Part shown: positions 13,701-25,528 of the stretch, one piece after another
Position numbering within the stretch: the stretch's first letter is position 1
Layout: every line of letters begins with the position of its first letter
Source of the DNA: Octopus sinensis
Taxonomy: Eukaryota
Direction of reading: 5' to 3'
NCBI RefSeq assembly: GCF_006345805.1
Contig: NC_042997.1
Coordinates: forward strand, 202,616,001 to 202,680,000
DNA length: 64,000 bases
Made by a program: the position numbers and the translations under genes
The notes under the pieces: generated by a model
Databases searched by the model: none
What the model saw: the letters and a program-made list of their open reading frames with translations, nothing else
What the model was told of the DNA's origin: nothing

Positions 13701-14839
13701 GCTAATTCTCTTAATGATCTAAGTTTCTTATTTTTGCTCAGCTCCAAATGAGTTCTGAATAAGCCAACCTATAATCCAAGGAATTCCAGCCATGACAATC
13801 TCTGCTTATTTTAAAACATTGTATATATGACTACATTATCCAACATGTGCTTCTTAATCTTGCTGAGCTCTACCATCAACATTATATTGATATCAAGCTA
13901 ACATGGAGACTCAATAGTCAAAAGAAATTATTGATGAATTTGAACAGTAAAGCTAATATTACACTATGACCTTTGCCAAAAAGCTGAAATCAGTAATTCA
14001 CCAATGTGATGGGCCACAATAATGTGCAAGAAGAGAGATAGTTCTGCCATCAAAAATAATGGCTTGTTAACTTATAGGCTTGTTTTATTAGTTCATTGAA
14101 CAGTTGGCACAATTGGCAACTATGGGTCCCATCAATCTGTGGACAACTTTAACAAATATTGAGGTGATGTAAATAGTTCCATTACCAAATACTAAAAGTT
14201 CTCTCAAATACTTTCATTCTTTTAATACAAACATATGTACTGGCTGTGACAATTCATTTGTTAAGATTTACAGCTGTTTTTCCATGTTGACATGGATTAG
14301 ATGAAACTCATTGAAGCAGATTTTCTGTGACCAGATGCTCCTGTTGTCACCAACCCTTACCTGTTTTCCAGGTAAGTGTGTCCCCACCATCCAATTATGC
14401 ATGCTGAAAACTGAAACTGAAATTCTTTCATTAACTGGTAAACAAAAACAGTTTTTTTGTTTTTTTTAATGCTCAGACAGTGTTAATGAGGTTACATGGA
14501 ACAGCATGCACACATTTACACATTGATACATATGTACTCACATTCGCACAACTCTTGTGTTTCCATCTACCAAAATAATCTTCAAGGAATTTCCTCAAGG
14601 CTATAGTAAACACTTCACCAAGGTAGCTTCCTTTAGTGAATCCACAGCATCATAAACAGAAGTCACCTGTGATTGGTTGGTACCTAACTAATTGTGATGC
14701 TTTTTCACTTGTATTATCCTTTTTTTTTTAAATCTTGACATTTAATAAGAAAAGTATTTAGAGAATGGACATGTTTGATAATGAAACTATTTACATTACT
14801 AATTATGCCTTCGATATTCCTCCATAGTTAACACTGACA

Positions 14840-15067
14840 TTAATCCTATAGAATTCCGATCACTCTGTCAAACGTAATGCTTATTTATTCACGTTGTTTT
14901 GAAGTAATCATGCATTATCTCATAGCTTTGAGATTTCAATAATGTGATGGTTTATTTTTAGCATGGCATTGTTGGGTAGGTGTGAAAGGCTGAATCTGAC
15001 TGGCTTGAGCATAAAACAGGTAGAATATTTGGGTCTGGTATGCCTAGTTTAAATGCTAAAGGGTTAA
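14840..15067. mobile_element. piggyBac-like MITE (TTAA target)
   Basis: Right end TGCTAAAGGG|TTAA; left end TTAA|TCCTATAGAATT is a degenerate inverted copy; ~220 bp, non-coding. Confidence 0.6.
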
Positions 15068-15451
15068 ATTGAAAGGACCTATAATCAGTGGTAGCATCAT
15101 GTATTTACAAAAATATTACTATATTATTTACAAAATACTCAAGGATTTATATGAAACTATTATTCTTTCATCACAGTGTTTGTAGTAAAATTGCAGGCTC
15201 TTGCTCTCTCCTTGTTTGTCAGTGAGAACAGTGTGATAAACATGTCATCCTTCCACTCATTGTCATTTTACTTTTCACTTCTTCTGTATATGTCATTTGA
15301 CAACCTTATACTTCCACACTTCATAGCATGACAGTGAACAATAATTATAAGCTCATCATCAGGTTTCATGTGGACATGAGTTAAGTCAACTTTGAATATC
15401 AAATGATTTATATTTATTTTTTAATATTGCAATTTTTGTTGCAAATATTGG

Positions 15452-15681
15452 TTAATCTGCTTGCTACCATATATCTGTGGAAATACAATGCTTTTATTTC
15501 ACTTAATTTTGAAAATAATTAGAAATTTAGCAAAATAACTTTGTCATCATTAACCTGATGTTTAGAACATTAATTAGCATGAAATTTTGTTGGAGAGTTT
15601 TAACTTAGATCACTTTAAGACATGATGTTTGTATCATAGAACTAGGGGCAGTCTTAGGCAGTTTGGTATTGAAGGAGTTAA
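15452..15681. mobile_element. Second TTAA-flanked MITE family; related copies at 49109-49288 and 54076-~54260 (opposite orientation)
   Basis: Shared internal AATTTTGAAAATAAT...TTTAGCAAAATAACT..GTCAT.ATTAA between the 15.5-kb and 49.1-kb copies; TTAA ends. Confidence 0.55.
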
Positions 15682-18279
15682 TTATAAGTTTATATATATA
15701 TATACACATACACATATTGTTTTGTTTTAATAGTTTCAGAGAGCTTACATGTTTTATAGTCATATATGCATATACACATACAAACATTAGAAGATTTGGT
15801 CTCTCTCCATTCCATTACAGTATGAACTGTAAATGGTGTTGGCCATAATGATGATTGTGAGTGTAGAATTTCAAGCTTCACTATACTATTTCTTTTGTGA
15901 TTAGTTCAGAATGGGTTTCATTGCAAAGTTGTCAATGTTTTAACAACTGTAAATGTCACTTAAGATCTTGTTATTCATGCAAATATAAATTCTTTTATTT
16001 TTTATTTTTTTATATAGTTTTCTTTCTTACTTAAATGTATTCAGATTTCACTCTATTATTTCCTCTCACGGGATGAAACAATTTGATGTAGATGTTTATG
16101 CAAGCAATTTGGCACAACTGACTGGACATTCAACCTGGTTTAGCAACAGTACTTTTTGGCAGTGGAAGCAAATGCACACACACACACATATTTGGATAGA
16201 AAGAGTGAGAGAGACAGGCAGAAGATATTTCTTTTTCTCTATTCTATCATCACAGAGTTTGTAGTAATAGAGCAGGCTCTCACTTTCTCCCTGTTTGTCA
16301 GTGAGAACAGTGTGATAAACACTTCATCCTTCCACTCACTGTCATTTTACTTGTCACTTTTTCTGTGTATGTCAAATGACATACACAGAGATGGAGAGTG
16401 TGTGAGGAGAATGAAACATTAAAATGTCTATCAAATAGGTATGTCATATAAGCAACACCAAAATGGCTGTGTCCAAATATCTCATACCCTCCCACATCAT
16501 TAACCTATAATCTATCATAGATCATCCATTAGGCTTTACTTTAATCATACTTACCAATTTTTCTGTAAACATTAGCCAGCGTCTCTTTTTTTTCCTCCTT
16601 AATTTTGTCCTAAAAACAATTCACATGTACTCAGCAATTTATATCAAACTTTAACTCATTCCTTATATGAAGGGTGTAAATCTTTTTCCAGTTTGGAAAA
16701 TGTATGTAGTGATCTTTGTTAGCATAATTGACTGAAACAAATCTAAAACATTAAGAACAAACGGATACACACATATAATATTTTAGTTTTATCAACAATA
16801 TCTGAGATCAATGAACCAGTTGATTCTGTTTTATTTTTTAGGCAGTTTAATCAAATGCTGTTCTTGTTTCCAGTTCAAATTTACAATTGGTACAATGTTT
16901 ATTAGGAGATAGCAACTGAGACCTTGAAAGTGCCTTCCAGTGAAGACCTGCCAGTCTTTTCTCTTTCAACAACCAGAAAACACAAAACACTGCACACAAA
17001 TAAACCCCAATGCACCTCATCCTATTCCTAAAATATGAGCAGCATGTAACTATGTCTATCGTGTGTGTGATTTTATAACATCCATCTTCCATGCTGGCGT
17101 GGATTGGATACTTTGACAGGATCCAATGGACTGTCGTGCTCCAATGTCTGTTTTTGCATGGTTTCTATGGCTGGATGTCATTCCTTTTCCTGGCACCAGC
17201 ATTTGTGAGATTGCCCTGTAGCTTGCATGACTAAGATCTCAATCAACTGAGTGGGGCTAAAATTAAGAAGTTGGCAGCTTTATGTATAAATAACATAAAT
17301 TTCACTGAATTGGCATGGGATTTATCAGCCTATTTGATCATCCAAACTACAAATAAAACTGTCATGAACTTAGTAAATACAATATTAGCAATGTTATTAT
17401 TGCTGGAGATAGTGATTTCTGATGGATCTCTAGAGGTGGGGTGTCTTTTTTTTTTTTTTTTTTTTTTTAAGAATCTAGAATCCAATGCCTCAAGATAGTT
17501 TAGATTTTAAAGTTGTGTTTAGAGTGAATAAATAAATTGCATAGTGAATAGCAAATTAAAAATGCTGTCTAATGGAGTTAAGACCATTTAACAAGTTACA
17601 AATGTATAACTGGAAATTGTTTATGAAGATATCTATGTCTAAGTACTAGTAAATTTCTCATGACATCTACAAATATATTTTGGCTAGATAACAGTAATTA
17701 GCCAAACACATTCCATTTAAATTAACATGGAAGATATTGAAGCAAAATATGGCTTCAAGAATTTCAAAGGCATTCCATTTAATTTGTAAATTATGATTCT
17801 GAATATTGATAATGTCTAACCAAGAGGTGGGCTGAATACAATCCAGTAAAATCATACAGTTAAAGTGTCTCACCTCTAGATTAAGTGTACAGCACATGCT
17901 GTAATTCATATTAGTGAGCAAAAGCATTTTTTTTTAGTTTTATATCATTATTTTGTATTATGGTACATACATACACAGTTGTCACTTGCAATTAAGTATG
18001 ACTTGGTGGCATGTACCATCATTTCATTAATTGTTTTAGGTGCCCATATAATAATCTCAAGCAAACATAGACACTACTCACGTATCAATTATATATAAAG
18101 GATCTTAAGATGCTGGGCCTCATTGAGAAAGATAAGGGACTGGGTCTTGTGGAAATTTGCTGTACCTGAGAAGACATGTCACGCTAAGTAAAATTGTGGC
18201 CATCTATAAATACAGGCATGTCCTTTATTGCCATGCCTCACTCCCCTCTCCCAGCTGAGAGATCTTTATCTTGCTGGTG

Positions 18280-18497
18280 CTGGGGCCATGAAAAATGCAC
18301 TTGTGCCAGTGCTGCATAAATACCCTCAAGCTGGTGGCACATAAAAAGCACCCAGCACACTCTGTAAAGTGGTTGGCGTTAGGAAGGGCTTCCAGCAGTA
18401 GAAACTGTGCTGAAGCAGACATTTGGGGTCTCAACGGCTCTTGTCAAACTGTTCAACACATGCCTGCATGGAAAACAGATGTTAAATAGTGATGATT
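18280..18497 (+). mobile_element. Repeat family C copy (+), tail-to-tail with 18513-18860
   Basis: GTGGTTGGCGTTAGGAAGGGC...CATGGAAAACAGATGTTAAATAGTGATGAT. Confidence 0.75.
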
Positions 18498-18512
18498 TTA
18501 TATATATATATA

Positions 18513-18860
18513 TCATCATCATCATCGTTTAACGTCTGTTTTCTGCGCTAGCATGGGTTGGACGGTTCGACCGGGGTCTGGGAAGCCAGGGGCTGCACCA
18601 GGCTCCAGTCTGATCTGGCAGTGTTTCTACAGCTGGATGCACTTCCTAATGCCAACCACTCCGCGAGTGTAGTGAGTGCTTTTTACGTGCCACCTGCACA
18701 AGTGCCAGGGAGGGTCTGGCATCGGCCACGATTGGTTGGTGCTTTTAACGTGCCACTGGCACGGAAGCCAGCCAAGGCGGCGCTGGCATCGGCCACGTTC
18801 GGATGGTGCTTTTTATGTGCCACCGGCACAGAAGCCAGTCGAGGCGGCGCTGGCATCACA
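18513..18860 (-). mobile_element. Repeat family C (RTE-type 3' end with (GAT)n tail)
   Basis: CATCATCATCGTTTAACGTC..TTTC..CGCTAGCATGGGTTGGACGG...CTGGATGCACTTCCTAATGCCAACCAC; same family at 1628-1770, 17075-17200, 22310-22480, 52080-52290, 53760-53950, 60298-60485, 61975-62110 (all -). Confidence 0.78.
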
Positions 18861-19028
18861 CACACATATATACATCATCATTGTTTTAACGTCTGCCTTC
18901 CATGCTGACATGGGTGAAGCATTTTTAATTTACAACTGCATACAAGGCTTGTTAGCTGTTGGGAGCTTATATTATTTTGGAAACTTAATCTGCAGTCGAG
19001 GTTGGTGTTACAAAAGCATAGTAACCAA

Positions 19029-19628
19029 AGTATGGATGCAATGGAAAAAGATCTGGGGGGGCAATAACCTTTGTCGACAACAAAATAATTATCTAAGTGA
19101 AGGGTAGACTGATTCCTCTGTACAAATTGAAATATTACATGATAATGAGACATGATCTTTCAATGTGGAAGATTTACTAGAGCATGATGATAACTGAGGC
19201 AAGAGAGAAAAACCAGGCATTAAAGGTATTTGCTATATTGTACAAGAGGAAAGGTTGAAATAGTATGTACATATGATGCTTATGAAAAATGATTGGCTTT
19301 TTCTCCCTGCATCATCTGACAATGTTACACCTGACTATCATTTTTCATAAGCATCATATGTACATACTATTTCAACCTTTCCCCTTGTACACTATAGCAA
19401 ATACCTTTAATGCCTGGTTTTTCTCTCTCAATACACATCCATTAGAGCATGCTTGCCTCAGTTATCATCATGCTCTAGTAAATCTTCCACATTGAAAGAT
19501 CATGTCTCATTATCATTTAATATTTCAATTTGTACAGAGGAATCAGTCTACCCTTCACTTAGATATAATTATTTTGTTGTCAACAAAAGTTATTGCTCCT
19601 CCAGATCTTTTTCCATTGCATCCATACT
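19029..19628. repeat. Long inverted repeat (265/292-bp arms, 43-bp spacer)
   Basis: 19029-19293 is the near-exact reverse complement of 19337-19628; the right arm carries a ~22-nt insertion near 19430-19452. Confidence 0.92.
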
Positions 19629-19999
19629 GTCAATGCAGAAGTAGGTAGTTTGATCTCAGAATGAGAAATGGTGTGATGCTGTAGTAAATTTGGTCCATCT
19701 AACCCATGCTGGTATGGAAAAGTAGATGTGAAAATAACGATATTGCTGTTGCTGATGATGAATCCTGTTCAATAGCTTCATAGCAAAATGACTTAAATCA
19801 ATGTTTGTTACAGGAGTGCAAGAAAAGAAAGTAGAAGGGTTAATTTTAACCCCATAATGCAAAACTACATTGTATGGGCCTTTTGGTGTTTAGCAACAAC
19901 AAATCATGCAATTGTATTGACATGGCATTGATGTTGTATGGAGTATACCCTTTAGGGTATACTCTTTAGGAATATACCCATTAGGGTACATATACATAC

Positions 20000-20001
<2 letters not shown>

Positions 20002-20041
<40 letters not shown>
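20002..20041. repeat. (TG)n microsatellite; (TA)n tracts also at ~854-878, 18498-18512, 52318-52418
   Basis: Directly visible. Confidence 0.95.
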
Positions 20042-23000
20042 GATTCATGCAAATACACATGAGGAAATTTGCTCTCCTCAAAAGAACTGGGTGGCATTTA
20101 CCCAGTACTACAATTTTTTGCAAAACCATTGTCTGAACTGTGATGAATACTTTCATACACCAAGACTGCCCTCAAGCTTTCCTATATCCCAAACTGCCGC
20201 TCGTGTTCAACTTGGCAGAATCCTCTTTTCCTTCAGTCCTCAACTGCAATAACATCACAGTGAACTGTATCCCTGAGGAAAAGGCTCTGTACACACATGG
20301 TATATCCCCTCTAAATATATCCTCTTCAACACCATCAGATTACCATATTGAGTACATACACACCAAGTGCCAAAAAACCCCTTTCTGCTCACCTCAAACC
20401 AACAAAGCTATCGGCCCTAACAATGTCCTTCTCATTACCCTTAAGCATTTCTCCCTCATCCCACCTAGCTAGCTCTTGTATTCACCAAGCTCTTCAATCT
20501 CTCCTCCTCTCTCCTTAGAAATATACATTGGTCTTTGGAAATGTTCTACAGTATCTCATTTCCAAGAAAAGCAACTCCTCTGTCCCTGTTAACTATTATC
20601 CTCTCAGACTTTCTTCCAGTATTGCAAAGAACTGGAAACAGCATTAATGAAAGCTTTCCAACACCTGCAATTCTTCTTCCTTAAATGATCACTAGTACGG
20701 CTTCCATAAAGCCAGATCTGTTGGAGATCTGATTTGCTCTCTAATGCCTTGTGCCACTGGACTCTTTCTTTAAAGAAATTTGAAGGTAAAATTGTTGCTC
20801 TAAACATCAGTATAGCTTTTGATCCTGTTTGGCATATGAAACTCTTGTGTTGACAGAGAGCCTTCTGTCCCACACTCTCAATTTAGGTGTGCACTAAGGT
20901 TTGGTTTTACCTCCCATTTCCTTCCTTCTATACATCAACCTCCATGCCATCGCACCTGGCAACACCCACTTTTATGCAGTTAGTGCTGACTTTTAAATGT
21001 TCACCCCTCAACTTCTCCAACCATGAAACATCAGCCACATCCAACTTAGACACTGCATATCTAACTTGCACTGATTCCTTCAACAGGGACCTCAAAAGTG
21101 TCTTCCCACCTAGATAGACATGCCAATCTTTCTCTTTCAGCAAAAAAATACCAGCATTACATGTATGAAGAAAGCATCAATGTACCTCAACCTACCCTTC
21201 CTTAAACATTAACATTACAAAATTAGATCCCTTGTAGTTGCTCCAAATGTTAGGCTGTGCTATCACCAATGCTCTCTTCCTCTCTCTTGGCAAAAGCACA
21301 TTTTTTAAAAGCTAGGGCTTCATCTCAAACATTGGTCTTTCTCTTCAGGACCAGGAAACTCTTGGGTTCTCAACAATTATTGACTTTTATAAATCCCAGG
21401 TGAGGGCCCAAAATCATGCATTGTTCTCACATCTGGGACAGTGTGCTTTGGAAGCACACACAGACATCCTAGAGCACATGCAGAGAAAGGCCACTTGACT
21501 GCTTGATATAAAGTCACTCACGAACATGATCCAGCTTCTGGTCCGCATGTTAACTGTTTTCTGCTGCTACCATAACGGCCTCTGCTCTTCAGAACCTTCC
21601 TGTCTTGGGCCACTTTCACTCAGGCTCTCCTCATCACTCACGTTGTGTCCTACAGCCAAGGCCCCCACACTAACCACTGCATCACTTGTCTGGAACTTGA
21701 TCCCTTTGACTTGTATCACTAAATAAAAAAAAGATACAGAAGACTTGTATATTCTAGAAAGACAGGATGGTCATGGCCAAAATACTTGATTGTAGGCCTA
21801 CTTAATCAGTAATGAGAAACATGAACCAATGAGGGAGCTAATCACAGCATGGTTGTTTGAACTGCTAAATATAGCAGCTGAATTTCCCTCAAATCACACC
21901 ATACCATCTTAAAATAGGAAGGACATATTGTGTTGTGTTTTGAATAATGGATGTAGTAGTTGATGTTGGAATGCCTTTGATCAGAAGTTGGCTCAATCAA
22001 GGCTGACCTGATGTGAAACAACAACAAAATGTTGATGAAGTGAAGCAGGTTGTTTCTCTGCAGTTCTGGATTTCATCCTAAAGTGTAGCACCCTGGCACT
22101 TTGGGTATATACCATGTGTGTATATCTCACATATACCACCAATATACAGCATGTATAGACATGCTCAGGATAGGCACAGGCATGGCTGTCTAGTTAGGAC
22201 ATTCGCTTTGCAATAGTGCTTTCTCGTTCGGGATCACTGCATGGGTTTTTGGGAAATCTTTTTACTTTAGTCTTAGATAGTACCAATATCTTGTGAACCA
22301 AGTGTGTGTTGTCATCATTACCATCATCATTTAAAAGCTGTTTTGCATGCTGGCATGAGTTGAATGGTTTGGCAGGAGCTGGCAAATCAGAAAACTGTGC
22401 CTAGCTATGCTTTGGCATGGTTTCTACTTTACCAATGCCAATTACTCTACAGAGTGAACTGGGTTTGTTTTTATGTGGCAACAGTAAGGACATCAACTGT
22501 GTGTGTGAGTGTGTGTATTTCAAATGCATTTAATACATAAATGATAGCTTTCTTCAGTCATTTCACTTATAATATATTCAAATATTAAGTGACTCATGTT
22601 TATAATAATCTAGCCTATCCTTTCTTAGATAATGCAGCACATGTATATGAGTGGAATGTTGATCTAAGCACAAAGTCTGAAATATCTGGTGGTGTGCTAC
22701 ATTGAATTCTACTATTGAATATGTACTCACAGTAATCCCTCAACTATCACAGGTGTTACATTCCAACCCTCCCACCCCACGATAGGTGAAAATCTGCAAA
22801 GTATATTTTAAAAAATGTTTATAATTTGTATATATTTAATATTATTATAATTGCAAAACAACACCATGGAGGAATTGACATAAGCTTAAATAATAAACTG
22901 CAATATGGCGAGGGATAACTGTATATGTGTGTGTGAGTGGGTATGTTTATATGCTTTCTCATAGACACTATCAACCAGCAAATGATGGTGTTTATGTCCC

Positions 23001-23623
23001 ACATTAATTGGTCTTGTTGTTCATGCAAAGTCATGGAATAAAGTATTTTAATTAAAAGCTAAGTACATGTTGGCATCAGAAAGGGCATCCAGCCATAAAA
23101 TACAATCTCAACAAGTCTCATCCAACTCATGCCAGCATGGAAAAGGCAGTCGTTAAAGCAATGATATATAACTTGAAGAAAGAAAAAAAAATATTAGAGA
23201 AAAGTATCTGATATTGAAGACGAATGGCCCTAGTTGGAAGGCTTTCAGCAATCTTAGCCTTCCTTGTACCAAACCACACTAACCACAAATATTTCCAACC
23301 AACGAGTAATCGTCTATTTCAATGCCCATCACCAATTCACTTGTCAGCCACCATCACCACCTTCATACAAGCCATACTTTAAAACATCACTGGTTAAAAA
23401 TATTGTCATCAGGTTAACATTAGTAATGCAAGAGCTGTTAAAATTAAGCAAGGTCATCCTCTTTCTTCTGCATGAATGTTCATACTTCCATATATATATG
23501 TGTGTGTGTGAATTATATGGTTCCAAATTGGTTATAAAATGTTTCAATGCAATATTTTTACTTGATAGCTTTTATTGTTAATACAATGTGCATTCTCTGA
23601 ATTCTTTTCATTTATAACTTCAG

Positions 23624-23752
23624 GAAAAAATCAAAGCAAATGAGGGAAGTACGACGTATGGTTTGTGATTGCACAATAAACCCTGAAGATAGAGATGCCA
23701 ACTTGGATGCTTGTGGAGAAGATTGTTTGAACCGGATGCTGATGATAGAATG
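23624..23752 (+). CDS. SETD2: SETD2 exon, AWS domain part 1 (RKKSKQMREVRRMVCDCTINPEDRDANLDACGEDCLNRMLMIEC)
   Basis: tttataacttcAG acceptor and TG|GTAAAT donor; 129 nt, phase 2-2, joins the giant exon in frame; CxC...CGEDCLNR AWS signature. Confidence 0.95.
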
Positions 23753-24718
23753 GTAAATACACAACTGGTTGACTTAACCTTTCAAAATGTATCAGCATAG
23801 AAATTTTTTCCCCCCATCCCTGACATTAAATGATAATTAAAAAAAAAAATTCAAGCAGGAAATTACTACCATATTTGATGGCATATAAGATGTACTTCTT
23901 CCCCACCAAATCTCTCAAAAATTGTCCCAGGTCCTATATGTAAAGTCAAGCCCCCCCCCCCCCCCAACTTTAATGCACTAAAACTTTTTTCCTGAAATTA
24001 TCGCCATAGGTCTTTTATGCCATCAGATATGGTGTGCGTGTGTATATTATTACATAGGTCTATCGTCGCTAAAGGTGTAAAATTAAATTTCCTGGATGCT
24101 TTTTACTTTTTTTTTTGTGTATGGTAGGCTCAGTCCTTTTTTAGTGATATTTTACATATATCATTATTATTATCCTTGTTGTTTAAATTTTACCATAGTT
24201 TAGTTTTACTTCACATCTTTCAGTAATCAATAAAATTATGTTGCACTTTAGTAAAGGAGTTGATTCATTTATGGGCACTCATCTCCAAAAATATGGAACT
24301 TTGTTCTTAAAGATTTATAGATGACCACCCTGTAGACAGGTATGAACTGAAAAGCTTTGGATATTTAGACAAAGGGAAATGTAATATTGTGGCATTGCTA
24401 CTTCTCTCAAAAGTTTTGCAAAATAACTTTGTGTTGAATGAAACCAGGTTACAAACTTAGTCTATCAGACGAATGACAATGATTACAGGACTGGGAAATA
24501 ATAGGTATTGGGAAGAAATATTAATAACAACAATAATGATGATGATTTCTAACATTTGCAGATGACAAAATTTTGAGTCTTCAATTAAATCAACTGTAGA
24601 TAAGTACTTAATTTATTGAACTTTAGAAGGGTGAAAAACCTGTTTTTTTGTGGGATTTGAATCAGACTAAATACTGTTAAATAGTTCAAAATGTCCAACA
24701 CTCTTTTGAAATCTATCA

Positions 24719-25528
24719 TCTTCTCTATATATAAAAGGCAGTTTGTCTGTCTGTGTGTCTGTCAGGTTGTACCCTCACCCTGACCACGGCTTTCAACCGA
24801 TTCTGATGAAACTTGACACACACATAGCCCAATGTCATAATTGAAAACTAACACAGCGAAAATTTTGAAAAGTTCCCCCAGTTCTGAAAAAAATCAATAA
24901 ATTCGACATGGGGTCGAGAATCTAAACTTATCATATACAACACATTTTCCGTTGTAGTTTTCACAACTTGCAATCGATTTTCACCAAACTCATGGTGAAA
25001 CTTAATGTTACCCTAAGGAACTTAATTCTGACGTTAGTTTTCCATGCAATACCTTACCATCAGAAAAAATTGATAAAATCATGCCATTTTGGGAAATCAC
25101 GTTCAAATTCAAGATGACATATTTTCGACAATATCTTTAACAAATTGGCAGGAATTGTTTTGGAAATTCACAGCGAGCATCATGTCTGCTCCAAGGAGCT
25201 ATATGGCCCTTTTGATTCCAATAGGATACGTTATTACTGGAAAAAATCGGTTAATTACATCATATGTGGCACACATAGCAAACCGATTTTTCTGCGATAT
25301 TTTAAGAACTGGGTGGGGTGTGCTAAACAAAACCAGAAAATGCACTTTGACTGTCATAGATTTTCTTCATGCATGCAAGGGAACGGTGCCTTGAATGCTT
25401 TAATGCCTTTTAGGCTTCATTTTACAAAATAACAGTTCAATGAGTACAAAAAAGGGTAAAAAGGTAAAGGGCATTGCTTATCGACAAAGTTTCGTACATA
25501 CCCAGGCAACGCCGGGCTATGCTGCTAG
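24719..25528 (+). mobile_element. Non-autonomous Helitron (~810 bp)
   Basis: A|TC 5' end (TCTTCTCTATATATAAAAGG), internal (TGTC)n microsatellite, GC hairpin CCCAGGCAACGCCGGG near the 3' end, CTAG|T terminus, no TSD. Confidence 0.78.

Noticed and set aside
20040-21720. Possible decayed LINE on the minus strand
   Set aside because: Only vague motif echoes (WLEKLRGE, LYGSRT) in implausible order; cannot be assigned without a search.
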